DNA of 64,000 bases, taken from the NCBI GenBank assembly GCA_049591535.1, contig JBAWFC010000042.1, positions 437 to 64,436 of the forward strand, read 5' to 3'. Positions 31,647 through 41,739 of the stretch are shown here, piece after piece; positions within the stretch are counted from its first letter, which is position 1; each line of letters starts with the position of its first letter. Made by a program: the position numbers and the translations under genes. The stretch comes from Thermoplasmata archaeon (GTDB taxonomy: Archaea > Thermoplasmatota > Thermoplasmata > Lutacidiplasmatales > UBA184). The notes below the pieces were generated by a model, which did no database searches, was not told the DNA's origin, and was given only the letters and a program-made list of their open reading frames with translations.

Positions 31647-33245
31647 TCACGCTCCGACGCTCACGAAGTGGTAGGCCGCCGCCTGGATCGCACCGAGGAC
31701 CGGTTGCGGGTAGAGACCGACGAGGACGATCATCGCCGCGATCAGCGCGATGGTCGTCGCCCGGCCGTAGCCCAGCCCGCCGAGTGCGAGAGCCGGGGGC
31801 CCCGACGCGCCGACGACGGCGCCCGCCCTGGCGGGTTCCGCGACCGGCGGTGCGTCGAAGAACATGACCTTGAGGACCCGGGCGTAGTAGAAGACCGACA
31901 GCGCACTGTTCAGCAGCCCGGCGACCGCGAGCCAGATGAACCATCCCTGGGCGTCGACCGCGGCACTGAACAGTACGAACTTCGAGACGAAGCCGATCGT
32001 CAGCGGCACTCCCGCGAGCGAGAGGAGCATGAGCGCGAAGGAGGTGCCGAGGAGCGGCCGTCGGACGCCGAGCCCCTTCCAGTCCGAGATCAGCGGCCCG
32101 ACCCCGAGCGCGGCCACCGCGCCCACGACGAGGAACGCCCCGGTCTTCATCAGTACGTGCGCGAACACCTGGAGGGTCGCCCCCGCGAGCGCGGGGCCGG
32201 TGCCGATGGCGATGCCGATGAGCATGTATCCGGCCTGGCTGATCGAGGAGTACGCGAGCATCCGCTTCATCTCCTTCTGGAGGAGCGCGAGCACGTTCCC
32301 GACCGTCATCGTGAGGACCGCGAGGACCGCGAACGAGACCTGGAAGCTCGCTCCGAGCGCGACCGAGCCGCCGAACAACCCGTAGCCGCTGGACCCGGCC
32401 GTCCCGACCACGAGGACGGGCCCGAGGAAGACGAGGAAGAATGCGAACACCCCGATCTTCTTCGTCCCCCCGGCCAGGAACGCGGAGACGTCGTCCGGAG
32501 CGCCGTCGTAGACGTCGACCGCCCACGCGTGGAACGGCACGAGCGTCACCTTGAACGCGAGGCCCGCGATGAGTAGACCGTAACCGAGCAGCACCAGGAT
32601 GGGGTAGCCGACCGCCGCGGCCGCCTCCCGGATGAGGTAGAGGTTGGTGGTGCCGTACGCGCCGAACAGGAGCGACGCGCCGAAGAACGAGAGGACGGTC
32701 GAGAGGGCGCCGATGACGAAGAACTTCATCGCCGCTTCGACCCCGCGAAGGTCCTTGCGGGTGTAGGCGACGAGGAGGTACGACGCGATGCTCGTGACCT
32801 CGATGGCGAGCAGGAGGAAGACCAGGTCGGAGGCGATCGCGACGAGGAGCATCCCGAGGGTCGCGAGAAGGAGGAGCCCGTAGAAGATCGAGGCGCCGCG
32901 TTCGTTCGACGGCCGGCTGGTCGACGCGAGGCAGACGAGGAACGCCGCGAGGAGGAAGATCCCCTGGAAGATGAGGCCGAACGACGTGAACGTGTAGAGC
33001 GGGGCGGTCCCGACGGCCGGCAGCACGTCGATCTGGCTCGACGGGATCGTCACGAGGAACGCGAGCGGCGCGAACCCGAGGTCGGCGATGACGAGGAGGA
33101 GGGCGCCGAGGGTGGCGGCCGCTCCGATCCCCCCGACGACCTCGATCCGGCGGACGTTGAGCACGTCGAGCAGGAAGATCAGGAGCGTCCCCGCGAGCAG
33201 AAGGATCTCGGGGAGGAAGGGGGCCGCGAACGCAACAAACGTCAT
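31647..33245 (-). CDS. nuoN: NADH-quinone oxidoreductase (complex I-like) subunit N
   Basis: It is a 532-aa antiporter-like polytopic membrane protein and the last gene of the nuo array. KMLAYSSISQAGYM is typical of the NuoN/ND2 class. Confidence 0.85.
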   Translation of the reverse strand: MTFVAFAAPFLPEILLLAGTLLIFLLDVLNVRRIEVVGGIGAAATLGALLLVIADLGFAPLAFLVTIPSSQIDVLPAVGTAPLYTFTSFGLIFQGIFLLAAFLVCLASTSRPSNERGASIFYGLLLLATLGMLLVAIASDLVFLLLAIEVTSIASYLLVAYTRKDLRGVEAAMKFFVIGALSTVLSFFGASLLFGAYGTTNLYLIREAAAAVGYPILVLLGYGLLIAGLAFKVTLVPFHAWAVDVYDGAPDDVSAFLAGGTKKIGVFAFFLVFLGPVLVVGTAGSSGYGLFGGSVALGASFQVSFAVLAVLTMTVGNVLALLQKEMKRMLAYSSISQAGYMLIGIAIGTGPALAGATLQVFAHVLMKTGAFLVVGAVAALGVGPLISDWKGLGVRRPLLGTSFALMLLSLAGVPLTIGFVSKFVLFSAAVDAQGWFIWLAVAGLLNSALSVFYYARVLKVMFFDAPPVAEPARAGAVVGASGPPALALGGLGYGRATTIALIAAMIVLVGLYPQPVLGAIQAAAYHFVSVGA

Positions 33246-33249
33246 CGAC

Positions 33250-34725
33250 TCACGTCCCCGGCCAGCCCTTGATCGGCGAGTTCACGATGACGTTCACGAG
33301 GAGGCTCGGCAGGATGCCGAAGAGCACGGTCAGGGCGACCAGGAGCCCCATCCCCACCCCTTCGTACCAGGGCACGTCGTGCACCCCGGGCGGGATCGCC
33401 CGCGGCGGCCCGAACAGGACCCGCTGCATCATCCAGAGGTAGAACCCCGCCGTGACGACGAGGACCACGAGGGGGATCAGGACCCAGTACCCGAGCCCGT
33501 TCCAGGTCGCGAGGAACGCCGTGAACTCCGCAGGGAAGCCGATCAGCGCGGGCAGTCCCAGCGAGGCGAGCGATCCGGCCATGATCAGGGTCGATAACCT
33601 CGGCGCGCTCGGCGTGATCCCGCCGAGGGTCGTGATGTCGCGGGTGCCGTACTGGTGATGGAGGCTGCCCGACGCCATGAACAGGAGCGCGCTGACGATC
33701 CCGTGGGCGAACATGAGGAGGACCGCCGCGAGAAGCCCGAGGGACGAGTCGAGGGCGATCGCGAGGAGCACGATCCCCATGTGGTTGATCGACGAATAGG
33801 CGACCATCCGCTTGATGTCCCGCTGCGACAGCGAGAGGACCGAGCCCCAGATGATCGTCAGGAACGCGATCACGAAGAGGAGGGGCTGCGTTGAGTGGAG
33901 TCCGCTCGGGAGAACCTCGACCGCCCAACGGATCAACCCATATCCCCCGAGCTTGAGCAGGAGACCGGCCAGGAGGACCGACCCCCCGGTCGGGGCCTCG
34001 ACGTGCGCGTCCGGCAGCCACGTGTGGAACGGCACGATGGGGAACTTGACGGCGAACCCGAAGAACAGGGCGAGGAAGAGGAACGTCTGGACGACCGGCG
34101 AGAGGCCCCGCGCCGCGGCGTAGACGGCCGAGAAGTCGAACGACCGGGCGCCCGAGTAGAAGACGAGCGCGAGCAGGCCGACGAGCATCACGATCGAGGC
34201 GACGTGGGTATACACGAAGAACTTCAGCGCGGCGTACCGGCGGTTCGGCCCGCCCCAGTAACCGATGATGAAGAACATCGGCACGAGGACCGCTTCCCAG
34301 AACAGGAAGAACAGGAGGATGTCGAGCGCGACGAACACGCCGAAGCACCCGAGGCAGGTCAGCATGACGAGTCCGAAGTACGCGGCCGGCCGATGCGTCT
34401 CACCCCACGAGTAGACGACCGTCGCGATCTGGAGGACCGCGGTCAGGAGGATCAGGACCAGCGAGATCCCGTCGACGCCGACCGAGTAGTCGACGTGCAT
34501 CCACGCGAGGTGGATCCACGCGTACGTCTCCGTGTCGGAGAAGCCGGGCACGAGGGCCCCCGAGTACCCGGGCCAGCCGGGGTACCCCAGGAAGAGGAAG
34601 CCGACCTCCGCGAGGAAAACGACCGAGGCGGCGAGAGCGACCCATCGGGCCATCGTACCGGCGAGGAACGTCGCCACCGTCCCGACGAGCAGGGTCGCGA
34701 GGATGATCGAGATCAGCGGTAGCAT
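33250..34725 (-). CDS. nuoM: Complex I-like subunit M
   Basis: It is a 491-aa antiporter-like subunit with FPIVPFHTWLPDAHVEAPT and KRMVAYSSINHMG. Confidence 0.88.
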   Translation of the reverse strand: MLPLISIILATLLVGTVATFLAGTMARWVALAASVVFLAEVGFLFLGYPGWPGYSGALVPGFSDTETYAWIHLAWMHVDYSVGVDGISLVLILLTAVLQIATVVYSWGETHRPAAYFGLVMLTCLGCFGVFVALDILLFFLFWEAVLVPMFFIIGYWGGPNRRYAALKFFVYTHVASIVMLVGLLALVFYSGARSFDFSAVYAAARGLSPVVQTFLFLALFFGFAVKFPIVPFHTWLPDAHVEAPTGGSVLLAGLLLKLGGYGLIRWAVEVLPSGLHSTQPLLFVIAFLTIIWGSVLSLSQRDIKRMVAYSSINHMGIVLLAIALDSSLGLLAAVLLMFAHGIVSALLFMASGSLHHQYGTRDITTLGGITPSAPRLSTLIMAGSLASLGLPALIGFPAEFTAFLATWNGLGYWVLIPLVVLVVTAGFYLWMMQRVLFGPPRAIPPGVHDVPWYEGVGMGLLVALTVLFGILPSLLVNVIVNSPIKGWPGT

Positions 34726-36669
34726 CTAGCCCCCTCCGAGCCGTGCGAGAAGGTAGGGTCCGACGATCAGCAGCAGGACGAACAGTCCGAGCAGCCCGGC
34801 GATCACGTAGGCGGCGTAATCCGACACGACCCCGGACTGCGCCGACCGCAGGCGGTCGCTCATCGCCGCGAACATCCGCTCGAGTCCGCGGACGGTCCCG
34901 TCGATCACGAACCGGTCGAAGAAGTCCGCGGCACGGGAGATCGTGTAGACGGCTCGCAGTCCGATCCAATCATACCCGACCTTGAAGTAGTAGCGATTCA
35001 GCAGGAGCCGCCGGACCGGCTGGGCCGAGCTGCTCTCGGCCAGCGCGTAGACGCGTCCGTTGCCGTAGAGCGACCAGGCGAGCCCGATCCCCCCGAGGCC
35101 CAACGCCACGCTCACCGAGGAGAGCGCCAGGTCGGTCGTGCCGAACACGGGCGGGATCCCGGGGACGCCGTTCCCGTGCAGGAGCAGCGACTGGAAGCCG
35201 GGCAGGAAGATCAGGAGACCGGCGAAGACCGCGAACCCCGAGAGGATCACGAGCGGGACCTGCATCACCCAGGGCCCCTCGTGGGCCTCCGGAAGGGTCG
35301 CGTCGCGCGGCCCGTCCCCGGAGAAGGCGAGGAACCACGCCCGGAAGATGTAGTACGCCGTCAGGAACACCGCGGCGAACGCGAGGAGGAAGAACGGCCA
35401 GTAGAGCGGGTGGGCACCGAGCTGGGAGTAGACCGCCGAGAGGATGTCGTCCTTGCTCCAGAACCCGGCGAACGGAGGGATCCCGGCGAGGGCAAGGCCC
35501 CCGATCGCGAACGCGGTCGCTGTGAGCGGCATCCGTTTGCGGAGGCCCCCCATCTTGAACAGGTCCTGCGTCCCGATCGCGTGGATGACCGAGCCCGCCG
35601 CGAGGAACAGCAGGGCCTTGAAGAACGCGTGAGTGAACAGGTGGTAGAGCCCCACCATCGCGAAGCCCGCGCCGATCGCGAGGACCATGTACCCGAGCTG
35701 ACTGATCGTCGAGTACGCGATCACCCGTTTGATGTCCGGATGGACGACCGCCATCGTCGCGGCGAAGAACGTCGTGAACCCGCCGATCGCTACGATGACG
35801 AGCTGGTCGGTCGGAGTGAACCCGAGGAAGACGCTGGTGATCGCGAGAAGGTACACCCCCGCCGCGACCATCGTCGCCGCGTGGATCAGCGCCGAGACCG
35901 TCGTCGGGCCTTCCATCGCATCCGGTAACCACACGTGGAGCGGGAACTGTGCGCTCTTCCCCGCCGCGCCGCCGAGGATCAAGAGGCCGGCGATCGTGAG
36001 GACCGTCGTGTTGCCTCCCATCGCGCCGGCGAGGAAGGGGGAACTGCCGTTCGCGAAGACGAAGCCGTTCGCGGCCCATCCGCCGGCCGGGCCCGCGAGC
36101 GAGTAGGTCGAGAAGTACAGAAAAATGCCGAGAAGGAACAGGACGTCCCCGACCCGTGTGACCAGGAACGCCTCCTTCGCCGCGCTGGCGGCGCTCGGCT
36201 TCTCGTAGTAGAATCCGATCAGGAAGTAGGAACAGACCCCGACCAGCTCCCAGAACAGAAAGAACTCGAGCAGGTTGTTGGCGATGACGAGGCCCGTCAT
36301 CGACGCGAGGAAGAGCGAGAGCTCGGCGTAGTAGCGCGGGAGCCCGTGGTCGTGGTGCATGTACCCGATCGAGTACACCATCACGAGGAACCCGACCACC
36401 GTGACGACGATCAGCATCAGGGACGACAGCGGGTCGACCAGCGTCCCCATGACGAGCGAAAAGCCGTGGGGGAACGGTCCCGGGGCCGGAGGTAGGTGGA
36501 GCCAGGTAAACTGGACGTTGGTGTAGGTGCCGGGGCTCAACATCTCTCCGACGCCGATGAGCACGCCCAGGACCATCGCGGCCCCCGCGAACCCCACGGC
36601 GAGCCAGCCGCCCCACTCCCACCGTTGCAGACGGGTGCCCGCGAGGCCGACGAGGACGAACGAGAGCAC
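34726..36669 (-). CDS. nuoL: Complex I-like subunit L
   Basis: It is 647 aa with SAQFPLHVWLPDAMEGPTTVSALIHAATMV and KRVIAYSTISQLGYM, and it has the C-terminal extension typical of NuoL. Confidence 0.9.
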   Translation of the reverse strand: MLSFVLVGLAGTRLQRWEWGGWLAVGFAGAAMVLGVLIGVGEMLSPGTYTNVQFTWLHLPPAPGPFPHGFSLVMGTLVDPLSSLMLIVVTVVGFLVMVYSIGYMHHDHGLPRYYAELSLFLASMTGLVIANNLLEFFLFWELVGVCSYFLIGFYYEKPSAASAAKEAFLVTRVGDVLFLLGIFLYFSTYSLAGPAGGWAANGFVFANGSSPFLAGAMGGNTTVLTIAGLLILGGAAGKSAQFPLHVWLPDAMEGPTTVSALIHAATMVAAGVYLLAITSVFLGFTPTDQLVIVAIGGFTTFFAATMAVVHPDIKRVIAYSTISQLGYMVLAIGAGFAMVGLYHLFTHAFFKALLFLAAGSVIHAIGTQDLFKMGGLRKRMPLTATAFAIGGLALAGIPPFAGFWSKDDILSAVYSQLGAHPLYWPFFLLAFAAVFLTAYYIFRAWFLAFSGDGPRDATLPEAHEGPWVMQVPLVILSGFAVFAGLLIFLPGFQSLLLHGNGVPGIPPVFGTTDLALSSVSVALGLGGIGLAWSLYGNGRVYALAESSSAQPVRRLLLNRYYFKVGYDWIGLRAVYTISRAADFFDRFVIDGTVRGLERMFAAMSDRLRSAQSGVVSDYAAYVIAGLLGLFVLLLIVGPYLLARLGGG

Positions 36670-36737
36670 CGAAAGGAGCGGGACGACGAACGCCCAATCG
36701 AACAGGAGGGTGAGCGAAGCCGTGACCTATCCCCTCC

Positions 36738-37055
36738 CTACAGTTTGAGGTCGTTGGCGCGGGCGACATTGATGGTTCCCTTGAGCCGGTTCAACGCGAG
36801 GACGATGGCGAGCCCGACCGCGACCTCGGTCGCCGCGAACCCGATGAGGACGACGGCGATCGACTGGCCGGAGAGGCCGTTCCCCGTCGCCGGGAACGCC
36901 GCGAAGTAGACGAAGTTCAGGATCGCGGCGTTCATCGCGATCTCGATCGAGATCAGGAGTAGGATGAAGTTCCGCCGGGTCAGGATACCGAAGATCCCGA
37001 TCCCGAAGAGCGCGGCGGAGAGCCCGAGGAGCCCGGTGAGGGCGAGCTGGGTCAC
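36738..37055 (-). CDS. nuoK: Complex I-like subunit K
   Basis: It is 105 aa starting at GTG 37055 (VTQLALTGLLGLSAALFGIG...IGFAATEVAVGLAIV). Its GTG overlaps the nuoJ stop (GTGA). The rest of track ORF 36738..37739 is an artefact. Confidence 0.85.
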   Translation of the reverse strand: MTQLALTGLLGLSAALFGIGIFGILTRRNFILLLISIEIAMNAAILNFVYFAAFPATGNGLSGQSIAVVLIGFAATEVAVGLAIVLALNRLKGTINVARANDLKL

Positions 37056-37540
37056 TCGCGCCCCTCCCGCACCAGGTAGATCGCGCCCGCGACCCCGGAG
37101 AGCATGATGAGACCGAGCAGGAGCAGCCACGGGCCGTTCGGGCCGAAGAGGTTCTGGGAGAGTGCCGTCGGGTCGTACACCTGGATGGTCGACGTCGACT
37201 GGGGAAGTTCTCCGACCGCGGAGACGAGGAACACGAAGGTGACGAACGCGAGGGCCAGCGGGATCGGGCCGATGCCGGTCACCGCCTCGCGCGAGAAGAT
37301 CCGCTTGCGGGTCGTCATGATCCCGAACAGGAGCAGGATCGTGACCGCGCCGGCGTAGACGCCGAGCTGGAGGACCCCGAGGAACGGGGCGTCGAGGAGG
37401 AAGTAGATCGCGGAGAGGTCGACGAAGAAGATCGCCACCCAGAGGATCGTGTGGACGAGCTCGCGGACCAGCAGGGCCGCGACCGCGGTGACGATCGCAA
37501 CGGCGGCGAGGCCGAGGAACGCCAGTTCCTCGAGGCTCAC
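37052..37540 (-). CDS. nuoJ: Complex I-like subunit J
   Basis: It is 162 aa starting at GTG 37540 (VSLEELAFLGLAAVAIV...GVLQLGVYAGAVTILLLFGIM). Its GTG overlaps the nuoI stop (GTGA). Confidence 0.8.
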   Translation of the reverse strand: MSLEELAFLGLAAVAIVTAVAALLVRELVHTILWVAIFFVDLSAIYFLLDAPFLGVLQLGVYAGAVTILLLFGIMTTRKRIFSREAVTGIGPIPLALAFVTFVFLVSAVGELPQSTSTIQVYDPTALSQNLFGPNGPWLLLLGLIMLSGVAGAIYLVREGRE

Positions 37541-38316
37541 TTCCGCGTCCCCCAGAACAAGCACTCTTTGGGACAGACGCTGATGCAAGTGCCGCAGCGC
37601 ACGCAGTCCGAGTCGTTGATGACCGGCTCCTTCCAGATCCGCTTCGTCTGCTTCTCCCCGGGCTTCGCCTCGACCTTGGGGATGTCCAGCATCGTGATGC
37701 ATTGCGTAGGGCAGTCGCGCGAACACGCGTTGCAGCCAATGCAGAGCGGAGGGTCCAGCAGGATCGCGTCCTCGTTGGCCGGCCGTTCGAGCCGGATCGG
37801 GTTCATCGGCAGCTTGTGCTGGAAAACCTCGTACAGCTTCGCGGGCGAATAGACCATCTCCGAGCGCCGGGTCGTCGAGAGCTCGTAGCGGGTCGTCATG
37901 GTGAGGCACCCTTCAGGGCACGCGTCGGAGCAGAACCCGCAGTAGCTGCACTTCCCGTAGTCGATCTCGGGGCACTTCTTCGGATGCTTCGGGTCGCCCC
38001 CGGGAACGCTGACCATCTCGATGCAGAGGTCCGGGCACGAGAACGCGCACAGGTTGCAGCTGATGCAGGTTGCGACGTTCAGCGCATGCACGCCCCGGTA
38101 GTTGTCCCAGACGTGGCCGACGCCGATCGGCTTGCCCGAGGCGACCCGGACGTCGTCGCGGAACTTCGGGTCCTCGAGGCGCTCGAACGGGTAGACGATC
38201 GTGGACGGGCGAATGAGGCTTTTCGCGAACTGCCGGGCAGCGGTCGCCATCGGCCGTGCGATGAACAACACGGGGTTGTCCTTCGGCTTTTCCTTGGCGC
38301 TGACCGGTGCGGACAT
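37537..38316 (-). CDS. nuoI: Complex I-like subunit I with an extra C-terminal 2x[4Fe-4S] ferredoxin domain (four CxxCxxCxxxCP motifs)
   Basis: The four motifs are CISCNLCAFSCP, CSYCGFCSDACP, CIGCNACSRDCP and CVRCGTCISVCP. The start is probably ATG 38316 (MSAPVSAKEK), 14 nt downstream of the nuoH stop; the start at 38352 is an alternative. Confidence 0.85.
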   Translation of the reverse strand: MSAPVSAKEKPKDNPVLFIARPMATAARQFAKSLIRPSTIVYPFERLEDPKFRDDVRVASGKPIGVGHVWDNYRGVHALNVATCISCNLCAFSCPDLCIEMVSVPGGDPKHPKKCPEIDYGKCSYCGFCSDACPEGCLTMTTRYELSTTRRSEMVYSPAKLYEVFQHKLPMNPIRLERPANEDAILLDPPLCIGCNACSRDCPTQCITMLDIPKVEAKPGEKQTKRIWKEPVINDSDCVRCGTCISVCPKECLFWGTRK

Positions 38317-38329
38317 CGATTCGGTACCC

Positions 38330-39460
38330 CTAGACCCCCACGGACGGGACACAGCCGAAAACGGGCAGGCACTTCACCGTGACGAGCACCGCCGCGAGGA
38401 AGACCGAGAGGAGGCTGAGCGGGATCATGCGGTTCCAGCCCACCCGGAGCAGCTGGTCCGTGCGGACGCGCGGCAGGGAGGCTCGGACCCAGACGAACAG
38501 CCCGAAGACGAGATACGTCTTCAGCATGAACCAGAAGATCCCGGCGAGCGGGAACGACGTGGCTGCGCTCGGGACCCACGTCGGCAGGGTCCAACCACCG
38601 AGGAACAGCAGCACCACCAGGATGCTGCCGACGAGCGCGCGGAGGTAGTCGGCCAGCATGAAGAACGCGAAGAGCATCCCGCCGTACTCGGTGTTCCACC
38701 CCTCGACGAGCTCGGCCTCGGCCTCGGGCAGGTCGAACGGGATCCGTTCCATCTCGGCGAGCATCCCCGCGACGAAGACGATGAGGGCCACGATGAGCGG
38801 GCCCCAGAACCAGTAGTTCTGCTGCTCGTAGACGATCGTCGTCAGGTCGAAGCTGCCCGAGACGAGGATCACCGCGACGACCGCCAGGAGGATCGGGACC
38901 TCGTAGGCGATCATCTGCGCGGCCGAGCGCATTCCGCCCATCAGCGAGTACTTGTTGTTGCTCGACCAGGCGCTGACGAAGATGAACAGTGGCGCGAAGG
39001 AGAAGATCGCGAGGGCGAGGAGCAGCGTGAGCGGGAGCGGCCCGGAGTTCCACCCCGTCGAGATCGGGAGGATCCCGAAGATGACCATGCTCGTCACCAT
39101 GTACGCGACGGGGCCCGAATAGAATCCGAGCGTGTCGGCGTCCCTCGGCTGGAAGGTGTTCTTGCGGAACAGCTTGAGCCCGTCGGCGAAGTTCTGGAGC
39201 AGTCCGGCGAAGCCGACGTGCATCGCGCCGCGTCGGTCCATGAAACGGCCGAGCAGCTTGCGCTCCCACCAGATCAGAAAGATGGTGTTGAGCATGCTCG
39301 CCGCGAGCAGGATCGCGGCGAAGATCAGGACCGAGAGCCCAACGATCAGGTCCGGATTCGTGATCACCGACCGCGGCGGGCCCGGGAGCACGGAGCCGAG
39401 CCCGCGGAGGAGCGCGCTCGAGAGGTCGTAGGAGACGGAATAGAGGGTGAGGGCGGTCAT
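38330..39460 (-). CDS. nuoH: Complex I-like subunit H
   Basis: It is a 376-aa polytopic protein with WWERKLLGRFMDRRG and FDLPEAEAELVEGWNTEYGG, which are NuoH/ND1 signatures. Confidence 0.9.
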   Translation of the reverse strand: MTALTLYSVSYDLSSALLRGLGSVLPGPPRSVITNPDLIVGLSVLIFAAILLAASMLNTIFLIWWERKLLGRFMDRRGAMHVGFAGLLQNFADGLKLFRKNTFQPRDADTLGFYSGPVAYMVTSMVIFGILPISTGWNSGPLPLTLLLALAIFSFAPLFIFVSAWSSNNKYSLMGGMRSAAQMIAYEVPILLAVVAVILVSGSFDLTTIVYEQQNYWFWGPLIVALIVFVAGMLAEMERIPFDLPEAEAELVEGWNTEYGGMLFAFFMLADYLRALVGSILVVLLFLGGWTLPTWVPSAATSFPLAGIFWFMLKTYLVFGLFVWVRASLPRVRTDQLLRVGWNRMIPLSLLSVFLAAVLVTVKCLPVFGCVPSVGV

Positions 39461-39466
39461 CGATCC

Positions 39467-40612
39467 CTAGCGGTCGACCTCCCCCACACAAACGTCGACG
39501 CTCCCCATGATCGGCGGGATATCGGCCACGTGGTAGCCCACGAGGTACTGTCGCGCGGCACTGAGGTTCGCGAACACGGGAGACCGGAACTTGACCCGAT
39601 ACGGGTGCTCGCCCCCGTCGTTGACTACGTAGGCCTGAGCCTCGCCGTGGGGCTCTTCGACCGCCGAGAAGCCGAGCCCCTTCGGGTAGTTCCGCTTGAG
39701 GAGGTATCCCTCATTCCCGATCGGCGCGTACGGAGCCCCGAGCCAGCGCGGCAACCGGTCGGCCAGGACGGGACCGGGGTGATGGTCGAGCCAGTCCACT
39801 ACCTGTCGGAGGATCCGGACCGACTGGCGCATCTCCTCCATCCGGACGAGATAGCGGGCCGTCACGTCCGCCCCGTCCGCCACGGCGACGTCGAACTCGA
39901 GCCGGTCGTACGCGGAATACGGCCGATCCTTCCTCAGGTCCCGCTGGACACCGGCCGACCGGAGCATCGGCCCCGTGACCCCGTGCGCCACGCAATCGTT
40001 CGCCTTGAGTAGGCCGAGGCCATCGCACCGCTCCCGGAAGATCGTCGAGCCCATGCACAGCTGGTCGTACTCGCCGAACCGGTCCGAGAGCCAGTCGAGG
40101 ACCTTCCGCGCCTGGTCGGTGAACGAAGGGGGAAGGTCGCTCCGGACGCCTCCGACCCGCATGTACTCGTAGGTCATGCGCGCGCCGGTGTAGCTCTGGA
40201 AGAGGTCCAGGACCAGGTCGCGGTCCCGCATGCCGTAGAGGAACGGGCTCATCAGCCCGAGGTCCTGCACGAACGCGGCGTACCACATGAGGTGGGACGC
40301 GATCCGCTGGAACTCGTCGCACAGCACCCGAAGGTACTCGGCGCGTTCGGGGGGATGCAAGCGGAGCGCCTCCTCGGCGGAGAGGATGTAGAGGTGCTCC
40401 CAGGAGAAGCCGGCGACGTAGCAGCACCGGTCCATGAGGGTGATCACCTCGTTGTAGTGCCGGTCCTCGCTGATCTTCTCGATCCCTCGGTGCAGGTACC
40501 CCATCTCGGGGTCGACGTCGAGGATCATTTCGCCGTCAATCTTGACCCGGAGGTTCCAGAGGCCATGCGTCATGGGGTGCTGGGGCCCCATGTTGATCCA
40601 CATCTCAGACAC
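39467..40612 (-). CDS. nuoD: Complex I-like subunit D (49-kDa type)
   Basis: It reads MWINMGPQHPMTHGLWNLRVKIDGE...YLHRGIEK...C-terminal DIPPIMGSVDVCVGEVDR. The length is 381 aa. Confidence 0.92.
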   Translation of the reverse strand: MSEMWINMGPQHPMTHGLWNLRVKIDGEMILDVDPEMGYLHRGIEKISEDRHYNEVITLMDRCCYVAGFSWEHLYILSAEEALRLHPPERAEYLRVLCDEFQRIASHLMWYAAFVQDLGLMSPFLYGMRDRDLVLDLFQSYTGARMTYEYMRVGGVRSDLPPSFTDQARKVLDWLSDRFGEYDQLCMGSTIFRERCDGLGLLKANDCVAHGVTGPMLRSAGVQRDLRKDRPYSAYDRLEFDVAVADGADVTARYLVRMEEMRQSVRILRQVVDWLDHHPGPVLADRLPRWLGAPYAPIGNEGYLLKRNYPKGLGFSAVEEPHGEAQAYVVNDGGEHPYRVKFRSPVFANLSAARQYLVGYHVADIPPIMGSVDVCVGEVDR

Positions 40613-41081
40613 GGCGCGACTTCACCTCCAGCTCCTCGGGCTCGTGGAGCTTGAACGAACGCAGGAGCGGGTGGAACGTGTATCCGTCCGGCATCAGGAG
40701 GTGGCGGAGGTCGGGGTGGTGGTCGAACGTGATGTCGACCAGTTCCCAGGTCTCCCGTTCGTGCCAGTTCGCGCTCGGCCAGACCGAGGAGGCGGTCTCG
40801 ATATGCGGGGCGTCCGCGGGAAGGTCCGCCGAGAGAAGGGCGTACTCCTTGCCCTCGTCCGACCAGACGACGTAGAACACCTCGCGATGGTCGACCCAGT
40901 CGATCCCGCCGACCATCGACAGATGGGCGAAGTGCAGGTCGTCGCGGATCGTGCGGAACAGGTCGAGGGCGCCGTCGGATCGAAACCGGACTCGGCCCGC
41001 AGTACCCGGGAACGGCTCCACGGCTACGAGGCGCTCGCCCAGCGTCGGAGCAAGTCGACGCGCGAGTTCGTCCGGCAGCAC
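40605..41081 (-). CDS. nuoC: Complex I-like subunit C (30-kDa type)
   Basis: It is 158 aa with SANWHERETWELVDITFDHHPDLRHLLMPD, a NuoC signature. It overlaps nuoD by 8 nt. Confidence 0.88.
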   Translation of the reverse strand: MLPDELARRLAPTLGERLVAVEPFPGTAGRVRFRSDGALDLFRTIRDDLHFAHLSMVGGIDWVDHREVFYVVWSDEGKEYALLSADLPADAPHIETASSVWPSANWHERETWELVDITFDHHPDLRHLLMPDGYTFHPLLRSFKLHEPEELEVKSRRV

Positions 41082-41118
41082 CGCGTTCCCCCTCGCAGGC
41101 GTTCGGCGGGCGTCCCGC

Positions 41119-41739
41119 CTACTCCTTGCGCTCCCGGATGAGGTCCTCGAGTTTTAGGATGCCATCGAGCATCGCCTCCGGCCGGGGAGGGCAGCCGGCG
41201 ATGTACACGTCGACAGGCACGAGTTTGTCGACGCCCGGGACGACCGAATAGGCAGTGCGGAACGGACCGCCGCCGGTCGCGCAGTTGCCCATCGCGATGA
41301 CCCACTTCGGCTCGGGCATCTGTTCGTAGAGCGTGATCAGTTTGTGGGCGACCTTCCAGGTGACCGTGCCGTTCACGATCATCAGGTCGCACTGCCGGGG
41401 CGACGAACGCGGAACCACACCGAACCGTTCCGCGTCCCACCGGGCTCCGAACGCCGCGGCGAACTCGATCGCACAGCACGCGAGGCCCCAGTGGAGCGGG
41501 AACAGCGAGTTCCGGCCCGCCCAGTTGAACACGGGTCGGATGACCTTCGCCTGGCCCTGCTCCGCGATGAGCGAGGAGAGCGCCTCCCGCGCCGCGGGCA
41601 GGAACTCCTTCGCCCGGAGGGTCTCGATCTCGATGAACGGGACCGCGGCCTGGCCGACCACCGGAAGTTCTCCCTCGAGCCGGAAGTTCTCTCCGGCCGC
41701 GGGTTTCGGGACGGCCACCTGCGCGGGCGGCGTCGTCAT
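41119..41739 (-). CDS. nuoB: Complex I-like subunit B (PSST type, N2 cluster)
   Basis: It reads [16 protein letters not shown]...[12 protein letters not shown]...[11 protein letters not shown]. The ATG at 41739 overlaps the nuoA stop (ATGA). Confidence 0.9.
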   Translation of the reverse strand: MTTPPAQVAVPKPAAGENFRLEGELPVVGQAAVPFIEIETLRAKEFLPAAREALSSLIAEQGQAKVIRPVFNWAGRNSLFPLHWGLACCAIEFAAAFGARWDAERFGVVPRSSPRQCDLMIVNGTVTWKVAHKLITLYEQMPEPKWVIAMGNCATGGGPFRTAYSVVPGVDKLVPVDVYIAGCPPRPEAMLDGILKLEDLIRERKE

